Positions 31,274-41,977 of a DNA stretch of 64,000 bases are shown here, piece after piece. The DNA comes from an uncultured Clostridia bacterium (GTDB lineage: Bacteria; Bacillota; Clostridia; TANB77; CAG-465). The notes under the pieces were generated by a model. That model saw only the letters and a program-made list of their open reading frames with translations. It was not told where the DNA came from and searched no databases. Made by a program: the position numbers and the translations under genes. The stretch covers positions 42,136-106,135 of the forward strand of contig CALXES010000002.1 in the NCBI GenBank assembly GCA_944387385.1. Reading direction: 5' to 3'. Position 1 is the stretch's first letter, and every line of letters starts with the position of its first letter.

Positions 31274-32587
31274 TTATCCTAAAAATCCAGAATAATTTCT
31301 ACTTGCCATTTGTGTTTCAATTGTATTTAATACTTCTAGACCAACACTTACTAAGATAAGTATTGAGTTACCACTAAATGATATATTTTGACTTGTAAAT
31401 GCCTGTAATATAATAGGTAAAATTGCAATTGCTGATAAGAATAGAGCACCAACAGCTGTAATATGTTTTAAAACACTGTTTATATACTCTGATGTGTTTT
31501 TACCAGCTCTTATACCTGGTATAAATCCACCATTTTTCTTTAAGTTGTTTGCAATTTCTACTGGATTAACAATAAACATTGTATAAATGAATGTAAATCC
31601 TATAATTAAAATCATATAAATTACAGCATATCCTATTAAATATCCTATACCACTTGTTGATGAAGCAGTAAATAATGTATACACACCTTTCCAAAATCCT
31701 GTCAAGCTATTTACATCTGTAACCAAACTTATTATTATACCTGGAAAAGACATAAATGACATTGCAAAAATAAGTGGCATAACACCAGCCATTGCAAGCT
31801 TAATTGGAATATGTGTACTTTGTCCTCCATACATTTTTCTTCCTACAACTCTTTTTGCATAGTTAACAGGAATTCTACGTTCAGCTTTTTGAACAAATAC
31901 AACTCCAGCTATTACTGCAATTAATCCGATCATTAATGCTATAAATATTAAAACACCAGTAAATCCACTACCAGCTATATTAGCAAAAGAATTAATTGTA
32001 GTTGGAAGTCCAGCAACTATACCGAAGAAAACAATCATAGAAATACCATTACCAATTCCATTTTCTGTTATTTTATCTCCAAGCCAAGTTAAAAGTGAAG
32101 TACCAGCCATAAGAGAAACTATAAATAAAATTATTCCTAAATATTTTCCTGCTCCATAAGTAAGTGGAGTTAATAGATAAGCATCATATGTAAAATATAA
32201 TCCTAATCCTTCAATTATTGCAAAAGCAATAGTTAAATATTTAGTATATTTATTTAATTTCTTTCTACCAGTTTCACCTTCTTTTGCTAATCTTTCTAAA
32301 CTTGGAATTACAAATTGTAATAGGTTTAATACGATAGAAGCAGTAATGTATGGTCCTATTGTCATTGAGAATATAGATAATCTACTAAAAGCTCCACCAG
32401 ATAATAAGTTAATCATAGTAGTCAAACCATTTGTAGATGCACCTAGTTGCTCATTAATTGTTATTTTATCTAGACCAGGTATTGTAATAAAAGTACCTAT
32501 TCTAAATATTAATAATATTAAAATTGTAAATAATAATTTTTTTCTAATATCTTTAACTGAGAATATATTTTTTATGCTTTCAAACAT
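31274..32587 (-). CDS. secY: preprotein translocase subunit SecY
   Basis: 437 aa, 10 TM helices, conserved position after rplO. Confidence 0.97.
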   Translation of the reverse strand: MFESIKNIFSVKDIRKKLLFTILILLIFRIGTFITIPGLDKITINEQLGASTNGLTTMINLLSGGAFSRLSIFSMTIGPYITASIVLNLLQFVIPSLERLAKEGETGRKKLNKYTKYLTIAFAIIEGLGLYFTYDAYLLTPLTYGAGKYLGIILFIVSLMAGTSLLTWLGDKITENGIGNGISMIVFFGIVAGLPTTINSFANIAGSGFTGVLIFIALMIGLIAVIAGVVFVQKAERRIPVNYAKRVVGRKMYGGQSTHIPIKLAMAGVMPLIFAMSFMSFPGIIISLVTDVNSLTGFWKGVYTLFTASSTSGIGYLIGYAVIYMILIIGFTFIYTMFIVNPVEIANNLKKNGGFIPGIRAGKNTSEYINSVLKHITAVGALFLSAIAILPIILQAFTSQNISFSGNSILILVSVGLEVLNTIETQMASRNYSGFLG

Positions 32588-32588
32588 A

Positions 32589-33029
32589 CTACATCACCTC
32601 AGTCTTTCCACCTACAGCTTGTATTTTTTCTTCAGCAGTTTTTGAGAATTTACTTGCTACAACAGTAAGTTTCTTTGTAAGTGTTCCGTTTCCTAAAACT
32701 TTAACACCGTCTAATTCTTTCTTTATAATACCCTTAGCCATTAATGCTTCTGCATTAACAACTGAACCGTCTTCGAATTGTTCTAAATCACTTAGGTTAA
32801 CTATAGCATATTCTACAGCAAAATGATTTTTAAATCCTCTTTTTGGTATTCTTCTGTATAAAGGTGTTTGTCCACCTTCAAATCCTCTTCTAATGCTACC
32901 ACCTGTTCTAGCTTTTTGACCTTTATGTCCTTTTCCAGCTGTTTTTCCAAGACCACTTCCAATACCTCTTCCTACTCTTTTAGAGGTAGTTGTAGCACCG
33001 TATGCTGGAGCTAATTCGTGTATCTTCAT
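32589..33029 (-). CDS. rplO: 50S ribosomal protein L15
   Basis: 146 aa, Gly/Arg/Lys-rich N-terminal region, operon position. Confidence 0.95.
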   Translation of the reverse strand: MKIHELAPAYGATTTSKRVGRGIGSGLGKTAGKGHKGQKARTGGSIRRGFEGGQTPLYRRIPKRGFKNHFAVEYAIVNLSDLEQFEDGSVVNAEALMAKGIIKKELDGVKVLGNGTLTKKLTVVASKFSKTAEEKIQAVGGKTEVM

Positions 33030-33074
33030 TCAAGCTTCCTCCTCTCTTATAAATTACTAGTAATCATTATATCA

Positions 33075-33584
33075 TTATTTTAGTATTTCTTCTACTGTTT
33101 TTCCTCTAAGTTTAGCAACTTCTTCTGGTGTTCTCATAGCCTTTAATGCTTTTAAAGTTGCATATACTACATTTATGCTGTTACGAGAACCAAGAGTTTT
33201 AGCTGTTACGTTCTTAACACCTGCTAGTTCTAGAACTGGTCTAACTGCTCCACCGGCAATAATACCTGTACCTTCAACTGCTGGTTTTAAAATTACTTTA
33301 GATGAACCAAAGTTTGTTGTAAATTCATGAGGTAAAGTACCATTTACTAAAGATACTTCTACTAAGTTTTTCTTTGCATCATCAGTTGCTTTTTTAATTG
33401 CTTCTGGAACTTCTGCAGATTTACCTGTACCAACACCAACGTGACCATTTTCATCACCAACAACTACTAGTACACTAAATCTAAAAGTTCTACCACCTTT
33501 AACAACTTTAGCAACTCTGCTCACATTAACAACTTTTTCTTTTAATTCAGTTTTAGTTTCTGCCATTTTAGTTTCTCCTTTCAT
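33075..33584 (-). CDS. rpsE: 30S ribosomal protein S5
   Basis: [10 protein letters not shown] motif; operon position. Confidence 0.95.
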   Translation of the reverse strand: MKGETKMAETKTELKEKVVNVSRVAKVVKGGRTFRFSVLVVVGDENGHVGVGTGKSAEVPEAIKKATDDAKKNLVEVSLVNGTLPHEFTTNFGSSKVILKPAVEGTGIIAGGAVRPVLELAGVKNVTAKTLGSRNSINVVYATLKALKAMRTPEEVAKLRGKTVEEILK

Positions 33585-33943
33585 TAGAATTCTAATCCAG
33601 CTTCTCTAGCTGCATCTGCTAATGCTTTAACTTTTCCATGGTATAAGTAACCATTTCTATCAAAGACAACAGTGTTAATTTTTGCTTTTTTAGCACGCTC
33701 AGCGATTAATTTACCAACTTCTGTTGCAGCTTCAACATTTGATGCTTTAGTTTTTACTTCTTTATCTAATGTTGATGCAGAACAAATAGTTGTTTGTTTT
33801 TCGTCATCAATAAGCTGTGCATATATATTATTTAGACTTTTGAAAACACAAAGTCTTGGTCTCATAGAAGTACCTTGAACTTTAGTTCTAACTCTTTTTT
33901 GTCTAATAGTTCTTGTAACGTTTCTATCTGTCTTATTAATCAT
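33584..33943 (-). CDS. rplR: 50S ribosomal protein L18
   Basis: 119 aa; operon position; [26 protein letters not shown]-terminus. Confidence 0.95.
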   Translation of the reverse strand: MINKTDRNVTRTIRQKRVRTKVQGTSMRPRLCVFKSLNNIYAQLIDDEKQTTICSASTLDKEVKTKASNVEAATEVGKLIAERAKKAKINTVVFDRNGYLYHGKVKALADAAREAGLEF

Positions 33944-33971
33944 CTTAAGACTCCCTCCTTAACTTCTAAGA

Positions 33972-34508
33972 TTATTTCTTACCGCCAGCTTTTCCTTCTT
34001 TTCTTATAATTCTTTCGCTAGCATATTTAATTCCTTTACCTTTATATGGTTCAGGCTCTCTCTTTTCTCTAATGTTAGCAGCTACTTGACCAACAACTTG
34101 CTTGTCGATTCCTTTTACTACTATTGTATTAGGATTTGGTACATCTATAGTTATTCCTTCTATTTCCTCTACTTCTACAGGATGAGAATAACCTAAAGTA
34201 AGTACTAATTTTTTACCTTGTTTTTGTGCTCTGTATCCTATACCATTTACTTCTAGTGTTTTTTCAAAACCTTTAGTTACACCTATTACCATATTGTTAA
34301 TTAAAGTTCTTGTTAATCCATGTATATTTCCGTTATTCTCGTTATCAACACTTACTTTAATCTCATTATTTTCTTGAGCTATAGTAACACATGGTAAAAA
34401 TTCTTGTGTTAAAGTTCCTTTAGGTCCTTTTACAGTAACTACATTTCCTTCAATTTTTACTTCAACACCATCTGGTATTGTGATAGGACTTTTACCTATT
34501 CTTGACAT
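33972..34508 (-). CDS. rplF: 50S ribosomal protein L6
   Basis: [18 protein letters not shown]-terminus. Confidence 0.95.
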   Translation of the reverse strand: MSRIGKSPITIPDGVEVKIEGNVVTVKGPKGTLTQEFLPCVTIAQENNEIKVSVDNENNGNIHGLTRTLINNMVIGVTKGFEKTLEVNGIGYRAQKQGKKLVLTLGYSHPVEVEEIEGITIDVPNPNTIVVKGIDKQVVGQVAANIREKREPEPYKGKGIKYASERIIRKEGKAGGKK

Positions 34509-34541
34509 TTTGGTATACCCTCCTTTATATTAAACTTTTTA

Positions 34542-34934
34542 TTACCAAATATATGCTAAAACTTCGCCACCAACATTTTCTTTTCTAGCAGCTTTGTCTG
34601 TCATTATTCCTTTAGATGTAGAAATAATTGCTATACCTAATCCGTTTAAAACTCTTGGTAAGTCTTCTACACTTGCATATATTCTTAGACCTGGTTTACT
34701 AATTCTTTTTAAACCTTGTAAAACTTTTACATTGTTTTGATATTTTAAAGTAATTCTTATAGTTTTGTGTGCATCTTCTATTATATCTACAGCTTCAACA
34801 AAACCTTCAGATACTAAAATATTTGCTATTGCTTCCTTTTCTTTAGAATAAGGAACGTCAACTGTTGCATGTCTTTGCGCGTTAGCATTTCTTATTCTAG
34901 TTAACATGTCTGCAATTGGATCTGTTGTATTCAT
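34542..34934 (-). CDS. rpsH: 30S ribosomal protein S8
   Basis: [15 protein letters not shown]-terminus. Confidence 0.95.
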   Translation of the reverse strand: MNTTDPIADMLTRIRNANAQRHATVDVPYSKEKEAIANILVSEGFVEAVDIIEDAHKTIRITLKYQNNVKVLQGLKRISKPGLRIYASVEDLPRVLNGLGIAIISTSKGIMTDKAARKENVGGEVLAYIW

Positions 34935-34954
34935 TGCCTTTATTCCTCCTTTTT

Positions 34955-35140
34955 TTACCAGCTTGCTTTTTTTACACCTGGTATATCTCCTTGATATGCT
35001 AATTTTCTAAAGCATAAACGGCATATTCCATATTTTCTCATGTAAGAATGTGGTCTTCCACATATTTTACATCTATTATAATATCTTGTGCTAAACTTTG
35101 GTTCTCTTTTTTGTTTAGCTATCATAGATTTCTTTGCCAT
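34955..35140 (-). CDS. rpsN: 30S ribosomal protein S14, zinc-binding Z type
   Basis: 61 aa with C-x-x-C...C-x-x-C ([20 protein letters not shown]). Confidence 0.95.
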   Translation of the reverse strand: MAKKSMIAKQKREPKFSTRYYNRCKICGRPHSYMRKYGICRLCFRKLAYQGDIPGVKKASW

Positions 35141-35152
35141 CTCAAGTCCTCC

Positions 35153-35692
35153 CTACTTTTCAGCGAATGGTAAGCCTAATAATTTTAATAATTCATAAGC
35201 TTCTTCATCTGTTTTTGCAGTTGTAACAAAAACAATGTCCATTCCTCTTACTTTATCAATTTTATCATATTCTATTTCAGGGAAAATAATTTGTTCTTTT
35301 ACTCCCATATTATAGTTTCCTCTTCCGTCAAAAGAATTAGGGTTAACACCTCTAAAATCTCTTACACGAGGAAGTGCTACATTAAAGAATTTAGTAGCGA
35401 AATCATACATTTTTGTACTTCTTAAAGTTACTTTACAACCAATATTCATACCTTCTCTTAATTTGAAAGCAGCAATTGATTTTTTAGCCTTAGTAACAAT
35501 TGGTTTTTGTCCAGCAATTTGTTCAAGTTCACCCATAGCTACGTCTAAAGCTTTTGAGTTATCTTTAACTTCTGAAACACCCATATTAATAACTATTTTT
35601 TCTAGCTTTGGCACTTGCATTATTGATTTATATCCGAATTTCTTCATTAATGCAGGTACTACTTCAGCATTATATTTTTCTTTAAGGTTCAT
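35153..35692 (-). CDS. rplE: 50S ribosomal protein L5
   Basis: 179 aa, operon position. Confidence 0.95.
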   Translation of the reverse strand: MNLKEKYNAEVVPALMKKFGYKSIMQVPKLEKIVINMGVSEVKDNSKALDVAMGELEQIAGQKPIVTKAKKSIAAFKLREGMNIGCKVTLRSTKMYDFATKFFNVALPRVRDFRGVNPNSFDGRGNYNMGVKEQIIFPEIEYDKIDKVRGMDIVFVTTAKTDEEAYELLKLLGLPFAEK

Positions 35693-35711
35693 TTAACTTT
35701 TTCCCTCCTTA

Positions 35712-36032
35712 TTACTTCATTTCGTTACAGCTTTTGCAATATCTTGATTTAGTTCCATCTTCGTTTACTTTAACACCAAGTCTTACACCTTTGTCGCATT
35801 TATCGCAATAAAAGCTTACTTTAGATGCATAAATTGGAGCTTCAACTTTAATGATTCCTGATTCTTGACCTTGCTTTCTTGCTTTAACATGTTTTGTTCT
35901 AACATTTATATCTTTAACAGTAACTTTACCAGTTTTTTTATCTATATCTAGTATTGTACCTTTTTTTCCTTTTTCTGATCCTGTATTTACAATTACAGTA
36001 TCACCTTTTTTTAATTTCATTTTTGTTAACAC
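35712..36032 (-). CDS. rplX: 50S ribosomal protein L24 (KOW) with C-terminal Cys4 motif
   Basis: KKGDTVIVNTGSEKGKKG KOW N-terminus; C-terminus YCDKCDKGVRLGVKVNEDGTKSRYCKSC. Confidence 0.9.
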   Translation of the reverse strand: MLTKMKLKKGDTVIVNTGSEKGKKGTILDIDKKTGKVTVKDINVRTKHVKARKQGQESGIIKVEAPIYASKVSFYCDKCDKGVRLGVKVNEDGTKSRYCKSCNEMK

Positions 36033-36051
36033 TTCATTTCACCTCCGTATA

Positions 36052-36420
36052 TTAAAGAACTTCTGGTGCTAGAGATAATATCTTCATGTATTCGTTATCT
36101 CTTAGTTCTCTTGCTACTGGTCCAAAAATACGTGTTCCTCTAGGTGTTTTATCATCTTTGATTAAAACAGCTGCATTCTCATCAAATCTAATATATGAAC
36201 CATCTTCACGTCTAAGACCTCTTTTACTTCTAACAATTACAGCTTTAACAACATCGCCTTTTTTTACTGCTGAGTTAGGTGCAGCTTTCTTTACAGAAGC
36301 TACTATAACATCTCCTATGTTACCCCACTTTCTGTAAGAACCACCAAGAACTCTTATACACATTAATTCTTTTGCTCCAGTGTTATCTGCAACTTTTAAT
36401 AATGTTTGTTGTTGTATCAT
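36052..36420 (-). CDS. rplN: 50S ribosomal protein L14
   Basis: [19 protein letters not shown]-terminus. Confidence 0.95.
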   Translation of the reverse strand: MIQQQTLLKVADNTGAKELMCIRVLGGSYRKWGNIGDVIVASVKKAAPNSAVKKGDVVKAVIVRSKRGLRREDGSYIRFDENAAVLIKDDKTPRGTRIFGPVARELRDNEYMKILSLAPEVL

Positions 36421-36448
36421 GGATTAGTCCTCCCTTCAAATATAATTA

Positions 36449-36703
36449 CTATTTAACTTTTTCCACAATTCTTACAAGTCTATATCTCTTATCTTTACTT
36501 AGTGGTCTAGTTTCCATTACTTCTACGATATCTCCGATATCACATTCGTTGTTTTCATCATGAACTTTTATTCTTAAAGTATCATTTTTAATTTTGTTAT
36601 AAAGTGGATCTTTTACTTTATTGTCAATCGCAACAACAATAGTTTTATCCATTTTATTACTTACAACTTTTCCTTGTTTAGTTTTTCTTAAATTTCTTTC
36701 CAC
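36449..36703 (-). CDS. rpsQ: 30S ribosomal protein S17
   Basis: 84 aa, operon position. Confidence 0.95.
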   Translation of the reverse strand: MERNLRKTKQGKVVSNKMDKTIVVAIDNKVKDPLYNKIKNDTLRIKVHDENNECDIGDIVEVMETRPLSKDKRYRLVRIVEKVK

Positions 36704-36723
36704 GTTCTATTCCTCCTTTACCA

Positions 36724-36924
36724 CTAATTATTTTCCTTTTCTGTTATTAAAGTATTTACTCTAGCTATTTCTTTTTTAACTAAAGTTATTTTCTTAGGGT
36801 TATCAAGGCCGTTAAGAGAGTTTTGAAATCTTAATTTAAAAAGTTCATTTTTAAGTTCTTTTAACTCTTTTTGTAGTTCTTCAACTGACATATTTTTATA
36901 TTCATTGATTTTACTAGATTTCAT
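36724..36924 (-). CDS. rpmC: 50S ribosomal protein L29
   Basis: 66 aa coiled-coil, operon position. Confidence 0.95.
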   Translation of the reverse strand: MKSSKINEYKNMSVEELQKELKELKNELFKLRFQNSLNGLDNPKKITLVKKEIARVNTLITEKENN

Positions 36925-37352
36925 TATTTTTCTCCTCCTTCTTGATCTTCTCTTTTTACAATTTTACATTTTATTGGAAGTTTATGAATAGCTTTAGCTA
37001 AAACTTCTTTTGATGTAGCTTCATCTAGTCCTGAAATTTCAAACATTATTCTTCCTGGTCTAACTGCTGCTACGAAATATTCTGGATTTCCTTTACCTGA
37101 ACCCATACGAGATTCTGCTGGGTGTTTAGTAATAGGTTTATCTGGGAATATTTTTATCCAAGATTTACCAATTTTTTTAGTATATCTTGAAATAGTAACT
37201 CTGACTGCTTCAATTTGGTTTGCTGTAATCCAAGCTGGCTCTAGCGCTTGTATTCCGTATTCACCGTCAGTTACTTGAGTTCCTCTTTGTGCTTTTCCCT
37301 TTAAAATACCTTTTTGTACTTTTCTATATTTTGTTCTTTTTGGTGACAACAT
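36924..37352 (-). CDS. rplP: 50S ribosomal protein L16
   Basis: [12 protein letters not shown]-terminus. Confidence 0.95.
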   Translation of the reverse strand: MLSPKRTKYRKVQKGILKGKAQRGTQVTDGEYGIQALEPAWITANQIEAVRVTISRYTKKIGKSWIKIFPDKPITKHPAESRMGSGKGNPEYFVAAVRPGRIMFEISGLDEATSKEVLAKAIHKLPIKCKIVKREDQEGGEK

Positions 37353-37354
37353 CT

Positions 37355-38011
37355 TTAGTTACCTCCTTTTTCTTCGTTTTTTGTAGGAAGTACTTCTCCT
37401 TTATATATCCAAACTTTAACACCGATAATTCCATATGTTGTTTTTGCTTCTGCAAATCCATAATCAATATCTGCTCTTAAAGTTTGAAGAGGAATTGTAC
37501 CTTCATGATAAGTTTCAGTTCTAGCAATTTCAGCTCCACCTAAACGTCCAGATACAGCAGTCTTAATTCCTAGAGCTCCTGCTTTCATAGTTTTTTGCAT
37601 AGCTTGTTTCATAGCTTTTCTAAAAGATATTCTCTTTTCTAGTTGTAATGCAATGTTCTCTGCAACTAATTGTGCAGCCATATCTACATCTTTAACTTCA
37701 ACAATATTTAAAGATACATCTTTACCAATTTTTTTATTTAATTTATTTTTTATTTCTTCAATTGCTGCTCCACCTTTACCAATTATCATACCAGGTTTTG
37801 CTGCATATATATCTACCAAGACTTTATTACCTTTTCTAGCAATTTCTATTTTATAAATACCAGCTGGTTTTAATAAGTCTTTAAGGTATGTACGAATATT
37901 ATAATCTTCTACAAGGTTATTTGAATAATCTTGTTTGTTAGCATACCATGTTGAAGACCAGTTTTTTATAATTCCAACTCTAAGTCCGTGTGGACTAACT
38001 TTTTGTCCCAT
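37355..38011 (-). CDS. rpsC: 30S ribosomal protein S3
   Basis: [14 protein letters not shown]-terminus, KH domain. Confidence 0.95.
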   Translation of the reverse strand: MGQKVSPHGLRVGIIKNWSSTWYANKQDYSNNLVEDYNIRTYLKDLLKPAGIYKIEIARKGNKVLVDIYAAKPGMIIGKGGAAIEEIKNKLNKKIGKDVSLNIVEVKDVDMAAQLVAENIALQLEKRISFRKAMKQAMQKTMKAGALGIKTAVSGRLGGAEIARTETYHEGTIPLQTLRADIDYGFAEAKTTYGIIGVKVWIYKGEVLPTKNEEKGGN

Positions 38012-38026
38012 TTAAAGTTACCTCCT

Positions 38027-38368
38027 TTATGCTTCTTTTAACACAACTGTAATGTGACTAGTTCTTTTTCTTATTCTATTTGCTCTACCATGATCTCTTG
38101 GCATAATTCTTTTCATTGTAGTTCCTTGGTTAGCATATATTTCAGAAATGTATAATTTACTTTCATCCATATTATGATTATTAACTGCATTTGCCATTGC
38201 TGATTTAACTAATTTTTCAACTACTGGTGCAGCTGCTTTATTAGTATATTTTAATATTGCTACTGCCTCTTTAGCATTTTTTCCTCTAATAGTGTCTATA
38301 ACTATCTTTACTTTTCTTGCACTAATTCTAGCATGGCGTAACTCAGCTCTTGCTTGTTTTTCTTCCAT
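38027..38368 (-). CDS. rplV: 50S ribosomal protein L22
   Basis: 113 aa, operon position. Confidence 0.95.
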   Translation of the reverse strand: MEEKQARAELRHARISARKVKIVIDTIRGKNAKEAVAILKYTNKAAAPVVEKLVKSAMANAVNNHNMDESKLYISEIYANQGTTMKRIMPRDHGRANRIRKRTSHITVVLKEA

Positions 38369-38397
38369 TTTTAGGCTCCTCCTTCATTAAAGTTTTA

Positions 38398-38676
38398 TTA
38401 TTTTACTTTAGTCTTTTTATCTCCTGAATGTCCTCTGAATAATCTTGTAGGAGCAAATTCTCCTAACTTGTGTCCAACCATTTCTTCAGTTACATATACT
38501 GGAACATGTTTTCTTCCATCATGAACTGCAATAGTATGACCAATCATTTGAGGATATATAGTAGAGGATCTTGACCAAGTTTTTATAGCTTCTTTTCTAT
38601 CTTCTTCATTTAATTTTTCAACCTTTGCAAGTAATCTTTCATCTACATAAGGTCCTTTTTTAAGTGATCTTGACAT
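38398..38676 (-). CDS. rpsS: 30S ribosomal protein S19
   Basis: [13 protein letters not shown]-terminus. Confidence 0.95.
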   Translation of the reverse strand: MSRSLKKGPYVDERLLAKVEKLNEEDRKEAIKTWSRSSTIYPQMIGHTIAVHDGRKHVPVYVTEEMVGHKLGEFAPTRLFRGHSGDKKTKVK

Positions 38677-38694
38677 CTTCTATACCTCCAAATA

Positions 38695-39528
38695 CTATTT
38701 TTTATTTCTTCTCTTAACAATATACTTATCTGTTCTATTGTTAGTTTTTCTTGTTTTATATCCATGAGCAGGTTTACCCCAAGGAGTTCTTGGTCCAGTG
38801 TGTCCAACTGGTGCTCTACCTTCACCACCACCATGTGGGTGATCAACTGGGTTCATAACAGATCCTCTAACTGTAGGTCTTATTCCCATATGTCTTTTTC
38901 TACCAGCTTTACCTAATTTTACGTTTTCAGCTTCAAGATTTCCAACTTGACCAATACATGCTTTACATTCAACATTTATAAGTCTCATTTCTCCTGAAGG
39001 CATTCTAACATGTGCATATTTTCCTTCTTTTGCCATAAGTTGCGCTGACATACCAGCACTTCTTACAAGTTGTGCACCTTTACCTTTATTTAGTTCTATG
39101 TTATAAATCATAGTACCAACTGGTATAGCGTCAATTGGCATACAGTTACCTGGTTTAATATCAGCTTTTGCAGCAGATATAACTTTATCTCCATCTGTAA
39201 GTCCAACTGGAGCAATAATATATGCTCTTTCACCATCTTCGTATTCAATTAAAGCGATATTAGCAGTTCTATTTGGATCATATTCGATACCTATTACTGT
39301 TGCTTCCATATCAACTTTATTTCTTTTAAAATCAATTACTCTATATTTTCTTCTGTTTCCGCCACCATGATGTCTTACAGTAATTTTACCAGTATTATTT
39401 CTTCCTGCATTTTTCTTTAATACAGTAAGTAAACTTTTCTCTGGTGAACTTTTTGTAAGTTCATCGTTTGTTAATGTTGTTGTATTTCTTAATGATGGAG
39501 TAACAGGTTTAAATGATTTTATTCCCAT
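38695..39528 (-). CDS. rplB: 50S ribosomal protein L2
   Basis: 277 aa; [16 protein letters not shown] segment. Confidence 0.95.
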   Translation of the reverse strand: MGIKSFKPVTPSLRNTTTLTNDELTKSSPEKSLLTVLKKNAGRNNTGKITVRHHGGGNRRKYRVIDFKRNKVDMEATVIGIEYDPNRTANIALIEYEDGERAYIIAPVGLTDGDKVISAAKADIKPGNCMPIDAIPVGTMIYNIELNKGKGAQLVRSAGMSAQLMAKEGKYAHVRMPSGEMRLINVECKACIGQVGNLEAENVKLGKAGRKRHMGIRPTVRGSVMNPVDHPHGGGEGRAPVGHTGPRTPWGKPAHGYKTRKTNNRTDKYIVKRRNKK

Positions 39529-39541
39529 TTTTTATTCCCTC

Positions 39542-39904
39542 CTAGTTATTTCCAAATGCTGAACTAATTTCTTCTATTTCAGTTTTATATTTCTTGTTAA
39601 CTTTTGTTTCTTTTCCACCTTTTGCAAGATATTTAACATCTGCTGGGTTAGTATCAATACTTACTATAGCTTTTTTCCAAGCTTTAGTTACCCCTTGGTG
39701 TACTCCAACTCTTTTTGCTTTTCCATCATATCTTAAAGTATTAACTTTTAATACTTTAACTCCAAAAAGCTCTTCAACTGCATTTTTTATTTCAACTTTT
39801 GAAGAATTTAAAGCAACCTCAAAAGTATATTTTCCATTTGCAATTTCGCTATAACTTTTTTCAGTCATTATAGGCTTAATTATAACGTCTTCTGCGTGTC
39901 TCAT
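39542..39904 (-). CDS. rplW: 50S ribosomal protein L23 (with about 25-aa C-terminal extension)
   Basis: Operon position between rplD and rplB; 120 aa versus about 95 typical. Confidence 0.9.
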   Translation of the reverse strand: MRHAEDVIIKPIMTEKSYSEIANGKYTFEVALNSSKVEIKNAVEELFGVKVLKVNTLRYDGKAKRVGVHQGVTKAWKKAIVSIDTNPADVKYLAKGGKETKVNKKYKTEIEEISSAFGNN

Positions 39905-40524
39905 TATGCGTACACCTCCTCTAATTTCTTAACTGCATCTTTTGTTAATACTAGAGAATCATATTTTAATAAATCAAATATATTCATTGTATTTACTAAA
40001 GTAGTTTTTACTCCTTCAATATTTCTTGCAGAAGCTTGAACATTTAAGTTTTTCTCATCTAGCATTACTAAAGCATTATTAACTTTTAAGTTTGTTAAAA
40101 CATTAACCATATTCTTAGTTTTAATTTCATTAAGTTCTAATTTATCAACTACAACTAATTTTCCTTCTTGTACTTTTGAAGTTAGTACAGATTTGAATGC
40201 AAGTTGTTTTACTTTCTTAGGAATTGAATATCTGTATGATCTAGGTTTTGGTCCTAAAGCAATACCACCTTTAATCCATTGTGGTGCTCTTATAGATCCT
40301 TGTCTAGCTCTACCTGTTCCTTTTTGTTTCCATGGCTTTCTTCCGCCACCACTTACTTCAGATCTTGTTTTAGTAGATTGAGTACCTTGTCTTTGATTTG
40401 CTTGATAGTTTACAAGTGCAGTGTGAACAGCAACTTCGTTAACTTCAACACCAAATACATTTTCATTTAACTCAATGTCTTCTACCTTTTTACCATCCAT
40501 ATTTAAAACGTCAACTTTAAGCAT
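39904..40524 (-). CDS. rplD: 50S ribosomal protein L4
   Basis: 206 aa, operon position. Confidence 0.95.
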   Translation of the reverse strand: MLKVDVLNMDGKKVEDIELNENVFGVEVNEVAVHTALVNYQANQRQGTQSTKTRSEVSGGGRKPWKQKGTGRARQGSIRAPQWIKGGIALGPKPRSYRYSIPKKVKQLAFKSVLTSKVQEGKLVVVDKLELNEIKTKNMVNVLTNLKVNNALVMLDEKNLNVQASARNIEGVKTTLVNTMNIFDLLKYDSLVLTKDAVKKLEEVYA

Positions 40525-40543
40525 TTTTTCTCCTCCTTCCTAC

Positions 40544-41170
40544 TTACTTTACACTTTTTCTAACTCTAACAATTGATTTTTTAGCTCCTGGAATTGAACC
40601 TTTTACTAAAATAACGTTTTTGTCAGCATCAACTTTAACAACATTTAAATTTAAAATTGTAGATGTTTTACTTCCCATGTGTCCTGGTAATTTTTTACCT
40701 TTAAAAACTCTACCTGGTGTTGTTGTAGATCCCATTGAACCTGGTCTTCTATGATACATAGAACCATGTCCCATAGGTCCTCTGTGTTGTCCATGTCTTT
40801 TAATAACACCTTGGAAACCTTTACCTTTAGATGTTCCTTGAACATCAACACTGTCTTCTGTTGTAAATGTGTCAACAGTGATTTTACTTCCGATTTCATA
40901 ATCATCCACATTTTCAACTTTTATTTCTCTTAGGTATTTTTGAACATCAACACCTGCTTTTGCAAATACTCCCTTGTGAGGTTTGTTTGCATTTTTTTCT
41001 TTAATTTCTCCGAAGCTTACTACAATTGCGTTATATCCATCTTTGTCAGCAGTTTTTTTACCAACTACTGTTAATGGTTTAACTTCGATTGCTGTTACTG
41101 GTATTGCAACTCCTTTTTCATCGAAAATTTGAGTCATACCAACTTTTGTTCCGTAAATTTCTTTTACCAT
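40544..41170 (-). CDS. rplC: 50S ribosomal protein L3
   Basis: 208 aa, operon position. Confidence 0.95.
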   Translation of the reverse strand: MVKEIYGTKVGMTQIFDEKGVAIPVTAIEVKPLTVVGKKTADKDGYNAIVVSFGEIKEKNANKPHKGVFAKAGVDVQKYLREIKVENVDDYEIGSKITVDTFTTEDSVDVQGTSKGKGFQGVIKRHGQHRGPMGHGSMYHRRPGSMGSTTTPGRVFKGKKLPGHMGSKTSTILNLNVVKVDADKNVILVKGSIPGAKKSIVRVRKSVK

Positions 41171-41278
41171 TTTGTTTTTCCTCCCTTAAAATAAACTTTA
41201 ACTTCAACCAAATTTTAATATCAGGGTTTGTCATTGCCTAATTGTTTTAGGATGACCTATTAAAATTTTAAGAAGCTA

Positions 41279-41596
41279 TTATAATTTAACTTCGATGTCT
41301 ACACCAGCTGGCATATCAATTGACATTAATGCATCAACTGTAGCTTGATTTGGTGATAATACATCAATTACTCTTTTGTGAGTTCTCATTTCAAATTGTT
41401 CTCTAGAATCTTTATGTTTGTGTGGAGAACGTAAAATTGTAATGATTTCTTTTTCAGTAGGTAGTGGAATTGGTCCTGATACTTCAGATCCAGTCTTTCT
41501 AGCTACTTCAACAATTTTTGCTGCAGCTTGTTCAAGTACAACATGATCATAAGCTTTAAGTCTTATTCTCATTTTTTTGCTTTGTTCTTTTGACAT
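41279..41596 (-). CDS. rpsJ: 30S ribosomal protein S10
   Basis: [10 protein letters not shown]...; RBS AAAGGAGTG. Confidence 0.95.
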   Translation of the reverse strand: MSKEQSKKMRIRLKAYDHVVLEQAAAKIVEVARKTGSEVSGPIPLPTEKEIITILRSPHKHKDSREQFEMRTHKRVIDVLSPNQATVDALMSIDMPAGVDIEVKL

Positions 41597-41812
41597 ATGT
41601 AAAACACTCCTTTTCTATAGTTTGCCGGTTTGACAAGTTTTACACCACCCCGTGTGTTTCATATTTTACATATATTAAAACCAAATTCTACTAATGTAGC
41701 AATTTGGCAAATACACGTTAATCTATACTTGCCGCCCGATTTAAAATCAGACATGCTCCATAGAAGTTCCCTACCTCGCTGGGTAGCCACATTCTACTTC
41801 AACGCAAATCAA
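41597..41812 (-). promoter_or_regulatory. about 215-nt structured 5' leader of the S10 operon (candidate autoregulatory r-protein leader)
   Basis: Between mapped promoter and rpsJ RBS; locally GC-enriched; nested hairpins in transcript sense (CUACC-CAGCGA-GGUAG; GCCAAAUUGCUAC-AUUA-GUAGAAUUUGGU; ACAC-ACGGGGUG-GUGU). Confidence 0.4.
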
Positions 41813-41819
41813 CATCAAT

Positions 41820-41848
41820 ATTATACACGAGTGTTTTAAAAAAAGCAA
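41820..41848 (-). promoter_or_regulatory. sigma-A-type promoter of the S10 operon (TTGCTT-17-TATAAT)
   Basis: On minus strand: TTGCTT (41848-41843), exact 17-nt spacer, TATAAT (41825-41820) preceded by GTG. Confidence 0.55.
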
Positions 41849-41920
41849 GTATTTTTAGTAAAATTATGTAAAAAGATTAAAAGTAAACTTTATTTTAATT
41901 ATTTACTACAATTTAAATAA

Positions 41921-41975
41921 AAAAGAACAAAAAAATACTCCTCAAATTTTCAACACTTGGGGAGTATTTTTATTT
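41921..41975. terminator. bidirectional rho-independent terminator closing the accessory operon
   Basis: ATACTCC(TC)-loop-(GG)GGAGTAT hairpin flanked by AAAAAGAACAAAAAAA and TTTTTATTTT. Confidence 0.55.
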
Positions 41976-41977
41976 TA

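Noticed and set aside
33029-33075. Hidden small gene for L30 in the S5-L15 gap
   Set aside because: Gap is 45 nt, too short for the about 60-codon rpmD
41597-41977. tRNA or small RNA gene in the GC-richer patch upstream of rpsJ
   Set aside because: No cloverleaf-compatible arms or T-loop (GTTCGA) consensus; better explained as a transcribed operon leader downstream of a mapped promoter
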